Made by a program: the position numbers and the translations under genes. From Bacteriovoracaceae bacterium (GTDB lineage Bacteria; Bdellovibrionota; Bacteriovoracia; Bacteriovoracales; Bacteriovoracaceae), in assembly GCA_965217035.1 (NCBI GenBank), contig OZ244226.1, forward strand, positions 1,966,146 through 2,030,145: a DNA stretch of 64,000 nucleotides, in the 5' to 3' direction. Positions 10,249-19,116 of this stretch are shown one piece after another (within the stretch, counting starts at the first letter, position 1; the number at the start of each line of letters is the position of its first letter). The notes under the pieces were generated by a model that ran no database searches, was not told where the DNA came from, and saw only the letters and a program-made list of their open reading frames with translations.

Positions 10249-11014
10249 GAGTTAACCATTTATAAAGAGCGATGATTTGATCTAAGTCTAAATCCTCGGC
10301 CCTTATTGTTGAAGGAATTTCCTCTTTTTTTAAAAATTCTAATAAACTTTCCTTGGAATAGTTGCCTTTAAGTACACCAACCATTTGTTTTCTTCTTTGT
10401 GCAAAGACTTTTCTTAAGAATGATTCATAACTCTTGAATTCGCTCTGTTTAATGGCTGGATTTTCCTTTCTTATATAATTAATAACCACAGAATGGACTT
10501 CAGGAGGGGGGTGAAAGGCTCCAGGTTTAAGCTTTAGAAGAAGTTTCGTTTCAAAATAATTATTAACCAAACAACTTAAAGAACTATTCTTTTCTCCTAA
10601 AAGAGTTTTTTCTCCAACTTCTCTTTGAAACATCAAGGTCATACAAGTGACGTTTTTCCACTCAAGAAAATTAGTAAGAAGGGTTGCACTAATATTATAA
10701 GGGAGATTAGAGACAATCCAGACTTTTTTATCCTTGCTTGGCTGATAGTCGTTAAGGTTGAATTTTAGGGCATCTTGAAAAAGAATTTGAGGAGAAGGTT
10801 TCACATTTTCAAGAATTTCTTTAAAACGTTCATCTTTCTCAACTAAGTGAAGAGGAAAGTCTCTTTTAGCAAGGTTTTTAGTTAGTGTTGCTGGTCCTGG
10901 ACCGACTTCGAGAATAAAGTCAAAGTCAGCGAGAGATTGATTGCAGATTTGTTCAATCATTTCTTTATTTTTTAAAAAATGTTGGCCGAGGCTCTTATCT
11001 GCTTTTACGTTCAT
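10241..11014 (-). CDS. rsmA: 16S rRNA dimethyladenosine methyltransferase RsmA/KsgA
   Basis: KSLGQHFL, LEVGPG, VSNLPYNIS, LMFQREV, FAQRRK, RAEDL. Confidence 0.95.
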   Translation of the reverse strand: MNVKADKSLGQHFLKNKEMIEQICNQSLADFDFILEVGPGPATLTKNLAKRDFPLHLVEKDERFKEILENVKPSPQILFQDALKFNLNDYQPSKDKKVWIVSNLPYNISATLLTNFLEWKNVTCMTLMFQREVGEKTLLGEKNSSLSCLVNNYFETKLLLKLKPGAFHPPPEVHSVVINYIRKENPAIKQSEFKSYESFLRKVFAQRRKQMVGVLKGNYSKESLLEFLKKEEIPSTIRAEDLDLDQIIALYKWLTHE

Positions 11015-12036
11015 GATTTAATGAAATTCTTTTTATTAATAAAACGGCTTTTTGCATCTATCGTAAGACAATGTGGAAATGGTAACGCATTAGCTCTATT
11101 TCTATAAGCAAGATTTGCAATCATGCTTGCATTATCTGTACAGAATCGAGGTTCAACGAATGAGATGTTTTGAAACTTATCTTTTAACACCTCTCTCAAA
11201 CGAGAGTTGCATGCAACTCCTCCTCCAACAACAATAGAGTAGTTGCGATATTGAGCATCGATAACATCAAATTTTTGAGCAACACTCTGAACAATAGCTT
11301 CTTGGTAACTAGCGCAAAGGTCATTAATATTTTCTTTTAATAAGGAGCTATCATCTTTTTCAAGCATTAAGCGAAGAGATGTTTTAAGACCTGAAAAACT
11401 CATATTGGGGTTTTGAGTATCTTTTATAAGACCAATGGGAAATTTAAAGCGATCTTTATTTCCCTTTTGAGCTTGTTGATCAATCCAAGGACCACTTGGG
11501 TAAGGAGCTCCCATCATTTTTCCTCCTTTATCAAAAGCTTCGCCTGCAGCATCATCAATTGTTGAGGCTAGAATTTCTATTTCTTGCTCATCCCTTACCA
11601 TGACAAAAAGACTGTGCCCTCCACTTAAAAGAATTCCAAGATAAGGATATTCAATTTTTTCAGTGAGGTGAATTGCCTCTAGGTGAGCAAGTAGATGGTT
11701 AACAGGGAAAAGAGGTTTCTTATGAAACAGAGCAATTGATTTTGCTAGATTCATTCCAGTAAGAAGTGGGCCTAGTAATCCTGGATAGCAAGTGACTCCG
11801 ATCAAGTCTATTTCTTTTGTTTTTACATTATTCTTTTTGAGAATTTCTTCAAACAAAGGTTGTAATTTTTCAAGGTGGTTTCGAGAAGCAATCTCTGGAA
11901 CAACTCCTCCCCATTCCTTATAAATCTCAATTTGAGAATAAGTGAGAGTGTCGATCAGTTCAGCTTTTTCCCCTTCGCCCTTTAAAAGAGAAAGTGAGGT
12001 TTCGTCACAGCTTGTTTCTATACCAAGTACTAACAT
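11011..12036 (-). CDS. tsaD: tRNA N6-adenosine threonylcarbamoyltransferase TsaD
   Basis: LGIETSCDET, GGVVPEIASRNH, HLLAH, SGGHS, DDAAGEAFDK, SFSGLKT, GGVACN, CTDNA. Confidence 0.96.
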   Translation of the reverse strand: MLVLGIETSCDETSLSLLKGEGEKAELIDTLTYSQIEIYKEWGGVVPEIASRNHLEKLQPLFEEILKKNNVKTKEIDLIGVTCYPGLLGPLLTGMNLAKSIALFHKKPLFPVNHLLAHLEAIHLTEKIEYPYLGILLSGGHSLFVMVRDEQEIEILASTIDDAAGEAFDKGGKMMGAPYPSGPWIDQQAQKGNKDRFKFPIGLIKDTQNPNMSFSGLKTSLRLMLEKDDSSLLKENINDLCASYQEAIVQSVAQKFDVIDAQYRNYSIVVGGGVACNSRLREVLKDKFQNISFVEPRFCTDNASMIANLAYRNRANALPFPHCLTIDAKSRFINKKNFIKS

Positions 12037-12071
12037 ATCGCCAAGATAGCAGGCTTGACAGGATTAGTGAA

Positions 12072-12443
12072 TTACTTCAGAAGGGCCTTTGAGAGCTTTT
12101 TAAGAGTTTTATTTACACTTTTTATGAATTTTTTCTGACCTTTAAGCTCTTTTTCAAGTTTTTTGATTTTTCTATCCTGTTCATCAATTTGTATACGAAG
12201 TTCTTCAACAATATCTTTCTTAGAGGCTTGGCTCGTTTCGTTTTGTTGATTAATCTCTTGAAAGTTTCCTTGCATCATACTGACTTGGTCTTCAAGGTTT
12301 TTGGTTTTTACCATAAGATCTGCAAGCATTTTCTGAGACTGTTGTTCCCTGACGACGGTTTGTTCCTCTCTTTTGATTTGTTCCGCGGTTTTCAAGCAAG
12401 AAAAGAAAAAAGTTACGAGAATAATAAGGTTAAAAATTTTCAT
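12072..12443 (-). CDS. Coiled-coil lipoprotein (position and N-terminus reminiscent of CpoB/YbgF, but without the TPR domain)
   Basis: Likely start 12443 (MKIFNLIILVTFFFSC lipobox); heptad-rich; lies downstream of pal. Confidence 0.55.
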   Translation of the reverse strand: MKIFNLIILVTFFFSCLKTAEQIKREEQTVVREQQSQKMLADLMVKTKNLEDQVSMMQGNFQEINQQNETSQASKKDIVEELRIQIDEQDRKIKKLEKELKGQKKFIKSVNKTLKKLSKALLK

Positions 12444-12768
12444 TAAAAACTCCATCTGGATCATTGGCTTCAAAAGCTTGCCGCTTTAAAGATTGAAACT
12501 CAGCTCTTTCTGCATAATAAATCGAAGTCTTTGCATAACGTTTGGCTTTATCAAAATACTTCTTTCGATAAGCAGACTTTGCCTTTAGGTAGGCAACTTC
12601 AGCTTTTCGATAAAGAGCTGGAGAAAACTGGGCTGAGTTTGCTTCTTTTGCTGCTATAAATGCAGCCTGAGCCAGACTCATTTCAAATTTAGGCCTTGTG
12701 GCTACAAGGCCACAAGACTGTATTAAAAATAGGTAGATAAAAAAAAGAAAAGGGAAGTTAAATTTCAA
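12430..12768 (-). CDS. DUF4398-like helical lipoprotein
   Basis: Lipobox IQSC; AQAA..AAKEA.SA.FSP..Y.KA...Y..A....RA pattern. Confidence 0.65.
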   Translation of the reverse strand: MKFNFPFLFFIYLFLIQSCGLVATRPKFEMSLAQAAFIAAKEANSAQFSPALYRKAEVAYLKAKSAYRKKYFDKAKRYAKTSIYYAERAEFQSLKRQAFEANDPDGVFNENF

Positions 12769-12786
12769 TCATTCCCCCAAAATAAA

Positions 12787-13293
12787 TTACTTTGCAGTAA
12801 CGACAAAGTTTGCGCGTCTGTTTCTTGCCCAAGCAGCTTCATCATGACCAAGATCAAGAGGTCTTTCCTTACCATAACTAATAGTTGTAATTCTTGAAGA
12901 ATCAACTCCCATAGCTACGAGGTAATCTCTAACTGCATTAGCTCTTTTTTCACCAAGTGCAAGGTTGTATTGAACTCCACCTCTTTCATCGGCATGTCCT
13001 TCAACTTGAACTTGAACAGCTGAATTTGTTTTAAGGAAAGATGCATTGGCATCAAGAATTGATCTTGCCGCATCAGAAAGTGATGATGAATCAAATCCAA
13101 AATAAACTGTTGATAGTCCACCAGCAGACATATTATCAGAACTTCCATTAAGCTCTAACGAGAGTCCTTGATCAGTGACCTCTCCGTCTGAACCTGTAAT
13201 AGGATCAGAGTCTCCTCCACTTTGACTACTAGATGAACAACCGGCTAAAAAAAGCGCCCCTACGAGAAATACTGCTGAGAAAGTTGCTTTCAT
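12787..13293 (-). CDS. pal: Peptidoglycan-associated lipoprotein Pal
   Basis: Lipobox LAGC; OmpA-like domain VYFGFDS, VEGHADERG, YNLALGEKRA, ISYGKERP, NRRA. Confidence 0.94.
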   Translation of the reverse strand: MKATFSAVFLVGALFLAGCSSSSQSGGDSDPITGSDGEVTDQGLSLELNGSSDNMSAGGLSTVYFGFDSSSLSDAARSILDANASFLKTNSAVQVQVEGHADERGGVQYNLALGEKRANAVRDYLVAMGVDSSRITTISYGKERPLDLGHDEAAWARNRRANFVVTAK

Positions 13294-13386
13294 ATAAACT
13301 CCTTTATTTAAATTTTATTTTAATGAAACTTATTTTATATGACAAAAACCTTTACTGCCACCCGAACTTAGTTAAAAATTTGGTCA

Positions 13387-15975
13387 ATGAAATTATTCTT
13401 GGTTGTTTTGTGTTCCTTTATCGCGGCTTCGCCTGCTTTGTCTGAAGAAAGTAAAAAGGTACCGAAGCATTATCTGACTAAAATAATCAAACTGGGGAAC
13501 TCAACCAATAATGTTGAAATTTTTATTCATTACCCCAAGCATCGAGTTGAGTTTGCAAAAAAAACAGCAGATATTTTAAAGAATGACCTTCCTAGAATCC
13601 ATGAATATTTTGGCTATATCCCGCAATCTGAAGTTCATGTTGTTATCAATCTGAAGGAGCAAGTTGCGAATGGAGCAGCTGGTGTTTTCCCTCGAAATAC
13701 AATTTATCTTCATGACTTCCCGCCGATTGGTTATGAAACCCTTTCTGTTTCTAGAGATTGGGTCAGAATCCTTGTCATTCATGAATATGTCCACATTTTG
13801 ACTCTTGAAATGACGACAGGGGTTTTTGATGTCGCTCGGTATTTATTTGGCTCATTTATGAAGTGGGCTCAATTCACCCCGAGGTGGTTTGCTGAAGGAA
13901 TGGCGGTTTGGGCAGAATCAAAATTTACAAAAGAAGGCAGGTTGAGGCATCCTTTGATTCGCTCTCAGATTAAGAAAGTTCTTTTTGATGAAAAGGCTTG
14001 TCACGATCCTCTTTGTTGGGACCGACCTTGGCATTATCCTTCAGGGCAGCTTTCTTACTGGATAGGGGGGATGCTTTTTGAGTATATGGAAAATAAGCAA
14101 CCAGGAGCTGTGGCCTGCATTGCCAAAAGTTATTCTGGAAACTTACCAATTATGCTTAATGATAGCTTTCAGGATTGTTTTGGAAAGTCAGTAAGAAAAA
14201 CGTTTAAGGAGTTTCGCTCTAAAATAATGAGTCAAAAAAAGATTCCACTAGAGTGGTGTCCTTTTGATAATGATTATCTTTGCGAAAAAATTTATAAAAA
14301 ATACAGAAACATTGATTGGTTTCGTGGTTATATTGATACAGATAATATCAGCGCCTTTGTTATCGTTCCAACCTATCAGGGTAATTTTTCAGCTCGTAAG
14401 GAGGGAGAGCTCCTTGTTGTTTATGATAAAGAGACGAGCAAGTTTAAAAAAATATTTCTCGATAAACCAATTGACCGAATCTATAGGCTCAAAGGGACTT
14501 TAAAAGAAGATGATTTTCTCATTTCCCTGTTTTATAGGCAAGGAAGTGGGATAAATAGAAATGTTGCGCGTGAATATAAGTATTTTGATTCTAAAAAAAG
14601 AAAAGTTCGAAGTTTGCGAAGAAAAAGTCGACTCAAGGACTGTCATTATCTCTTAAGTTATAGATTGAAAATCTCTTATTGTTTGAGTTATGGAAATTCG
14701 AGATGGACTCTCTCTCGTTATGAACGTAATAAAAAGAAAACGAAAAGAGAAACGATCTATCAATTCCCAGCTCTTGAGAGAGTCGAACCTATTTATATTG
14801 ATAAGGATACGTTAACAGTTCAGATCTCTTCGAGTTATAATCAAAAAGGAGATAAAGTAACACTACCTATTCGAAGCCTGAAAAGGTTAGAGGAAGAAAA
14901 ACCTTCTAAGCTTAAAGAATCCAAGAGATATGCCGGGTGGAGATACTTAAGTCCTAATTATCTTATGCCCTTTCTCTTTACTGGGGGAAATCTGACTTCC
15001 CTAGGCCTTATTACAGGACTTAATGACCCACTGGATAGGCATGTCGCTAATTTGACCGTATTTTATAATCTAGGTTTAGATACAGATGATTCTCCCTATT
15101 CAGGTAATGCTAGCTATTTTTACAATCGAAACAATTGGGTAAATGGTGGTGGCTATAGTAAATTTATTTCGCAATCGAGCTCTACTGAGGGATTAGTTAA
15201 TGTTTTCGAAACAACCTTTCTACAATCCACTCATATTAGTTCAATTAAGAAGAATATTGTTTGGGAGAAATCACTTCTTTTTAGTCAAAACTCAGAAGGA
15301 GATATTCTTAACAATAGAAGAAAACTAAAAACTTTGAAGTTTATGAGTGCTTTTGCAAGTCAAGCCAATTCGAAGTCTAATCTTTATCAAGGTTTTTCAC
15401 TTTATCTTGCTCCGATGCAGATTCAAAATTTTAGTGAAAACCCTTACTTTGGTTTTGAAAGTAACTTCCGTTTGAGTCTTCGTCCATCAGATATGACTAA
15501 GCTCACGCTTCAGGGGGCTTATGGAAAAGTTGATACAGATAATCTCGCAGACGGGACTATTTATGGAGGAGGAGCTTCGGATGCTTTTACAGGAAATTTC
15601 TTATACCCCTCTTATCTCATTCCCTTTACCAATATTTTTGGAAGAGAGATGACCCAGGCTCGTTTAACTTTTTCTTGGAACTTTAATAATCCTTATAAGT
15701 TTACTGATTCAATAAATTATTATTTAAGACGTTTGCAATTGCTTGCGGGAGTCGAATATATCAAATCAGATTTCTTGATTAATCCTGATGCCGTCGATAG
15801 CTCCAGTGTTTTTGTCGCTGATCCTTCTATCTCTTCATACTTTTTTGGACTAAGAACTGTTAGTGATATTCTTTATATCTTTCCTCTCAATATTGATTTT
15901 GTTTTTTCTCGGTCAAGTAATGAAGTTTATGATGGAAGCTTCAGACTTTTAATTGCACCTTTTCTTACTTTCTAG
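13387..15975 (+). CDS. Large exported protein: N-terminal gluzincin (HExxH) peptidase-like domain, probable outer-membrane beta-barrel C-terminus
   Basis: Signal peptide; HEYVH plus WFAEGMA third-ligand motif; aromatic/amphipathic C-terminal half ending in Phe. Confidence 0.65.
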   Translation: MKLFLVVLCSFIAASPALSEESKKVPKHYLTKIIKLGNSTNNVEIFIHYPKHRVEFAKKTADILKNDLPRIHEYFGYIPQSEVHVVINLKEQVANGAAGVFPRNTIYLHDFPPIGYETLSVSRDWVRILVIHEYVHILTLEMTTGVFDVARYLFGSFMKWAQFTPRWFAEGMAVWAESKFTKEGRLRHPLIRSQIKKVLFDEKACHDPLCWDRPWHYPSGQLSYWIGGMLFEYMENKQPGAVACIAKSYSGNLPIMLNDSFQDCFGKSVRKTFKEFRSKIMSQKKIPLEWCPFDNDYLCEKIYKKYRNIDWFRGYIDTDNISAFVIVPTYQGNFSARKEGELLVVYDKETSKFKKIFLDKPIDRIYRLKGTLKEDDFLISLFYRQGSGINRNVAREYKYFDSKKRKVRSLRRKSRLKDCHYLLSYRLKISYCLSYGNSRWTLSRYERNKKKTKRETIYQFPALERVEPIYIDKDTLTVQISSSYNQKGDKVTLPIRSLKRLEEEKPSKLKESKRYAGWRYLSPNYLMPFLFTGGNLTSLGLITGLNDPLDRHVANLTVFYNLGLDTDDSPYSGNASYFYNRNNWVNGGGYSKFISQSSSTEGLVNVFETTFLQSTHISSIKKNIVWEKSLLFSQNSEGDILNNRRKLKTLKFMSAFASQANSKSNLYQGFSLYLAPMQIQNFSENPYFGFESNFRLSLRPSDMTKLTLQGAYGKVDTDNLADGTIYGGGASDAFTGNFLYPSYLIPFTNIFGREMTQARLTFSWNFNNPYKFTDSINYYLRRLQLLAGVEYIKSDFLINPDAVDSSSVFVADPSISSYFFGLRTVSDILYIFPLNIDFVFSRSSNEVYDGSFRLLIAPFLTF

Positions 15976-15981
15976 AACATT

Positions 15982-16024
15982 TGTCATCGTGCTGACGGCG
16001 AAGTCAAAGTGATGACATTTTTTT
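15982..16024 (+). terminator. Probable intrinsic terminator
   Basis: tgtcatc..tgac-ggcgaa-gtca..gatgaca hairpin followed by a T7 run, just after the 15975 stop. Confidence 0.55.
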
Positions 16025-16055
16025 GAGTTGAATTCAAATCTAAGAGTCTTAAACT

Positions 16056-16071
16056 TGGCATTGGAATTGCT
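16056..16071 (+). promoter_or_regulatory. Sigma54 (-24/-12) promoter
   Basis: TGGCAT-TGGAA-TTGCT: GG-N10-GC spacing with near-consensus flanks. Confidence 0.7.
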
Positions 16072-16081
16072 CTACTTATAA

Positions 16082-16194
16082 AAGGAGCAAGAGCATCCAA
16101 AGAAAAGGAATTTCTTTTTTTGGGATTAGAAGAGGGATTTTCTAAATTTTAGGTAAAAGAAGGGAGATGGCATGATGCCCTCCCTCTTTTTTTT
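16082..16194 (+). ncRNA. Candidate small RNA, CsrB/Rsm-like (GGA-loop hairpins)
   Basis: Lies between a sigma54 promoter and a strong terminator, with no ORF. Five GGA triplets, two in hairpin loops (AAAGAAA-AGGAA-TTTCTTT; TTAGAAGA-GGGA-TTTTCTAA). Confidence 0.6.
16161..16194 (+). terminator. Intrinsic terminator ending the candidate sRNA
   Basis: AGGGAG..GGCA..TGCC-CTCCCT stem followed by C and T8. Confidence 0.8.
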
Positions 16195-16219
16195 AGCTCA
16201 TTCTCTTTAACTTTGAATA

Positions 16220-16236
16220 TGACAAGAAAATGACAA
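16220..16236 (+). promoter_or_regulatory. Direct repeat TGACAA-N5-TGACAA, a candidate OmpR-family operator
   Basis: 11-bp-period direct repeat ~45 nt upstream of the histidine kinase start. Confidence 0.4.
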
Positions 16237-16280
16237 TTAAATTAATTGACCCGTACCGAGCCCTATGTTTTTATTAGTAC

Positions 16281-17843
16281 ATGCGATTGTACCTTTCTCT
16301 CATTGGTTTGTTGATTCTCTCTGCTTTTGGGGTCGGTTATTTTGGCTTCTCTTTCAAAAATAACTACACACCAACCACAGAAGATAAACTTGAGATTCGT
16401 AACGTAAAACAAAAATTCTCAAAGAAATACAATGCTCTCACTTCGCTAAATCTCACAAATCTTTATCCAAGTAAGGCTCACCAAAGACTTATTTCAACTC
16501 TTGCTCCTCAAATTAAGAAAGGAGAGATCTTTTTTACCAAGAATAACTGCTTTGATGTAATTAATGATCTTTCATCTAATTTTAATGATCACAAAGTTGT
16601 TTTTTGGGAAAAATTTCGTTGTGGAAACTCTAAGCGTTTACCTGGATCTTTCTTCTCATTGCCTCCTTATGTGCATCCAAGTGGTTATTCCTATGTTTAT
16701 CTTTTTTATCGATTTTTAGGAAAAAAAAGAATTGATAAAAGCTGGGTTGATAATCATTTCCGCTTTATAAAGCTTGAAGAGTACAGTTATTTTAAGAAGC
16801 AATTAGGGGAAGTTCCGAACCAATATAAACTTCTCGCAAGTCTCAATGAAGATGAGGCTAACCTTTTAATGAAATCATCTCCGAGTCTTCTTACAAAAGA
16901 TTATTATCTTGTTTTGGATTGGGATATTTTTAATTTCTTTGAAAAAGTATACTATGTTTATCCCCGACGTGATTTGGAGTCTTATCTTGAGCAAACAAAA
17001 TTCACTGTGAGTTTTATCCGCAGTAATCAGCGATGCTTATTAAGAGATGGTGGGTTGTGTTGGAACTTCTCTCTTGCACATCTTATAAAAAGATCGGGAA
17101 CAACAAATCTATTACTTGCTTTTCTTCTCGTGATTTTCATTATTGTCGGTGGGGTTTTTATTTATACGCTTATTTCGTCAGAGAGAAGAGAAGATGAAAA
17201 AAGAAAGTTTGCTCTTAGGGTTTTGAGCCATGAGCTAAGAACCCCACTGACGGGATTGCTTCTTAAATTGGAAAGCTTACTTGGAAAACTTGATCAATTT
17301 GATGATTATTCTCAAGAAAAGTTGATGAGGATTTCTTCTGATGCTCACAGACTTAGAAGACTGATCGAAATGAGTAATCATTATTTAACGGCTTCACATA
17401 AAAATAAAAAAATTACGAAAATCAAAACGAATCGACTTGAATCAATCAATGAATTTCTTCAGAATATAATCGATGATTATCCAGACGTCGAGTTTACTCC
17501 TATTCAGGAAGATCAGGGAATTGTTATTGATGAGTATTGGTTACAGGTTTGTGTGAAAAATCTCATTGAGAATGCCATACTTCACGGCCAAAGCCCTGTT
17601 AAGCTTTCTGTTGCTTCAACTAAAAGGGGAGTTGAGGTTGCGGTTGAAGATTCGGGAGTTTGTGAATTCGAGAATTTAGAAGAAATGACTCAAGAGTTTA
17701 AAAAAGGAACCAAGAGTGAAGGTACAGGATTAGGGTTAAATATCGTTATGAAAATTGTAAAGGAGATGGGGAGTAAACTTGAATTTCAAAAGAACCCAAC
17801 TCGGTTTACAATCATTATGAGTCATTCAAAGGAAATCGTATGA
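16281..17843 (+). CDS. Sensor histidine kinase with DUF3404 (VxrA/WigK-like) periplasmic domain
   Basis: Two TM segments; periplasmic C...LP..FF...P..HPSG.SY and CLLRDGGLCW motifs; HELRTP H-box; NLIENAILHG, DSG and GTGLGL boxes. Confidence 0.85.
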   Translation: MRLYLSLIGLLILSAFGVGYFGFSFKNNYTPTTEDKLEIRNVKQKFSKKYNALTSLNLTNLYPSKAHQRLISTLAPQIKKGEIFFTKNNCFDVINDLSSNFNDHKVVFWEKFRCGNSKRLPGSFFSLPPYVHPSGYSYVYLFYRFLGKKRIDKSWVDNHFRFIKLEEYSYFKKQLGEVPNQYKLLASLNEDEANLLMKSSPSLLTKDYYLVLDWDIFNFFEKVYYVYPRRDLESYLEQTKFTVSFIRSNQRCLLRDGGLCWNFSLAHLIKRSGTTNLLLAFLLVIFIIVGGVFIYTLISSERREDEKRKFALRVLSHELRTPLTGLLLKLESLLGKLDQFDDYSQEKLMRISSDAHRLRRLIEMSNHYLTASHKNKKITKIKTNRLESINEFLQNIIDDYPDVEFTPIQEDQGIVIDEYWLQVCVKNLIENAILHGQSPVKLSVASTKRGVEVAVEDSGVCEFENLEEMTQEFKKGTKSEGTGLGLNIVMKIVKEMGSKLEFQKNPTRFTIIMSHSKEIV

Positions 17844-18523
17844 CAAAATTATTATTAGTAGAAGACGATGAAAGTTTAGGAGAGTCTCTCTCTGAATATC
17901 TTGGAAGAGAAGGGCTCGAAGTAACCTGGGCAAAGAGTCTTGCACAAGCTTCGGATCATCTTGCAAGAGGTTCATTTGGAGTTGTTATTCTTGATTGGAT
18001 GCTCCCTGATGGACAAGGTATTGATCTTCTTAAAGATCAAGAAGGAAGCAAGAATGTTAATTGCCCAGTGATAATGCTTACGGCAAGAACAGAACTTCTC
18101 GACAAAGTGATTGGTCTTGAGTCTGGAGCGAGTGATTACCTTACTAAACCTTTTGAACCAAGAGAGCTTGTTGCTCGAATTCGAGTTCAATTAAGAGCAA
18201 AAGCACCACAAGAAGAAAACCTTGATATCGTGATTGAGAGGAAAGACCTTAAAATCGATGCAAAAACGAGAGAGGTTCTCTATAAAGAAAGCGAAATTTA
18301 TCTGACGAAAATGGAGTATGAACTACTTAAGCTTCTTGCAGAGAATCCAGGTCGTCCTTTTACAAGAGATGAACTCCTTAATAAGGTTTGGGGTTTTGAA
18401 TTTACTCCTTCTACCAGAACTGTCGACACTCATGTTTTACAGCTTCGCCAAAAACTTGATGAAGACATGATCGAGACTGTAAGAGGTGTAGGTTACCGAT
18501 TTAGCAGGAATTTTAATGAATAA
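17840..18523 (+). CDS. OmpR/PhoB-family response regulator (VxrB-like partner)
   Basis: LLVEDD, LDWMLPD, DYLTKPF, winged helix RTVDTHVLQLRQKL..IETVRGVGY; ATGA overlap with the kinase. Confidence 0.92.
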   Translation: MTKLLLVEDDESLGESLSEYLGREGLEVTWAKSLAQASDHLARGSFGVVILDWMLPDGQGIDLLKDQEGSKNVNCPVIMLTARTELLDKVIGLESGASDYLTKPFEPRELVARIRVQLRAKAPQEENLDIVIERKDLKIDAKTREVLYKESEIYLTKMEYELLKLLAENPGRPFTRDELLNKVWGFEFTPSTRTVDTHVLQLRQKLDEDMIETVRGVGYRFSRNFNE

Positions 18524-18532
18524 AGCGAAAGC

Positions 18533-18554
18533 CTGAGTTTTTGACTCAGTTTTT
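18533..18554 (+). terminator. Probable terminator after the two-component operon
   Basis: CTGAGT-TTTTG-ACTCAG followed by T5. Confidence 0.55.
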
Positions 18555-18565
18555 CGAATCTCCCA

Positions 18566-18592
18566 TAAAGATTCATCCCAGAGTACCGATAA
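18566..18592 (+). promoter_or_regulatory. Sigma28 (FliA) promoter of the PilZ gene
   Basis: TAAA-N15-ACCGATAA versus consensus TAAA-N15-GCCGATAA. Confidence 0.7.
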
Positions 18593-18619
18593 GATTTATA
18601 GTCCTAAAGTGAGGTATTC

Positions 18620-19075
18620 ATGGGTGAAGTGATTGATTTTAATAAGAAAAGAAAAGAGACGATCGAGCAGAAGAAACGTCAATTCGAGAGAATCTTTTTT
18701 AAGGAGCTCATTGGTTGTTACACGGCCATTGAGGATGGACAAAAAATCATTCCTGTCGATATAGTCGATATTTCTAAAAGTGGTTGTCTCATCGAGGTCG
18801 CTAAAAGTTCTGGCGGAGATAAAGAATTTGAAATCGAATCAGAGGTTTCATTAAGACTTTATTTTACAAAGAAATCTTATATCCCTCTTGTTGCGAAAGT
18901 TGCTCGAATTGAAGAAACTGTGAATACTCGTGGAGTAGAGGTTTTCCATTTTGGGGCTGAGTTCGACAGCAATCTGCCTGGACATAATGTGTTAGAAGCT
19001 TTTGTTGATTTTGTGAGTAAATTCGCTGAGTTCTCGAGAGTTGATAATGAATCAGAGAAGGCTTACTTCTTTTAA
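18620..19075 (+). CDS. PilZ domain protein (c-di-GMP receptor family)
   Basis: RQFER (RxxxR) and DISKSG (DxSxxG) motifs, C-terminal GAEF; GAGG RBS. Confidence 0.85.
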   Translation: MGEVIDFNKKRKETIEQKKRQFERIFFKELIGCYTAIEDGQKIIPVDIVDISKSGCLIEVAKSSGGDKEFEIESEVSLRLYFTKKSYIPLVAKVARIEETVNTRGVEVFHFGAEFDSNLPGHNVLEAFVDFVSKFAEFSRVDNESEKAYFF

Positions 19076-19116
19076 TCAAGGTTTTCATAGTCCTTTGAAT
19101 TGTGTAAAAAAAACCT

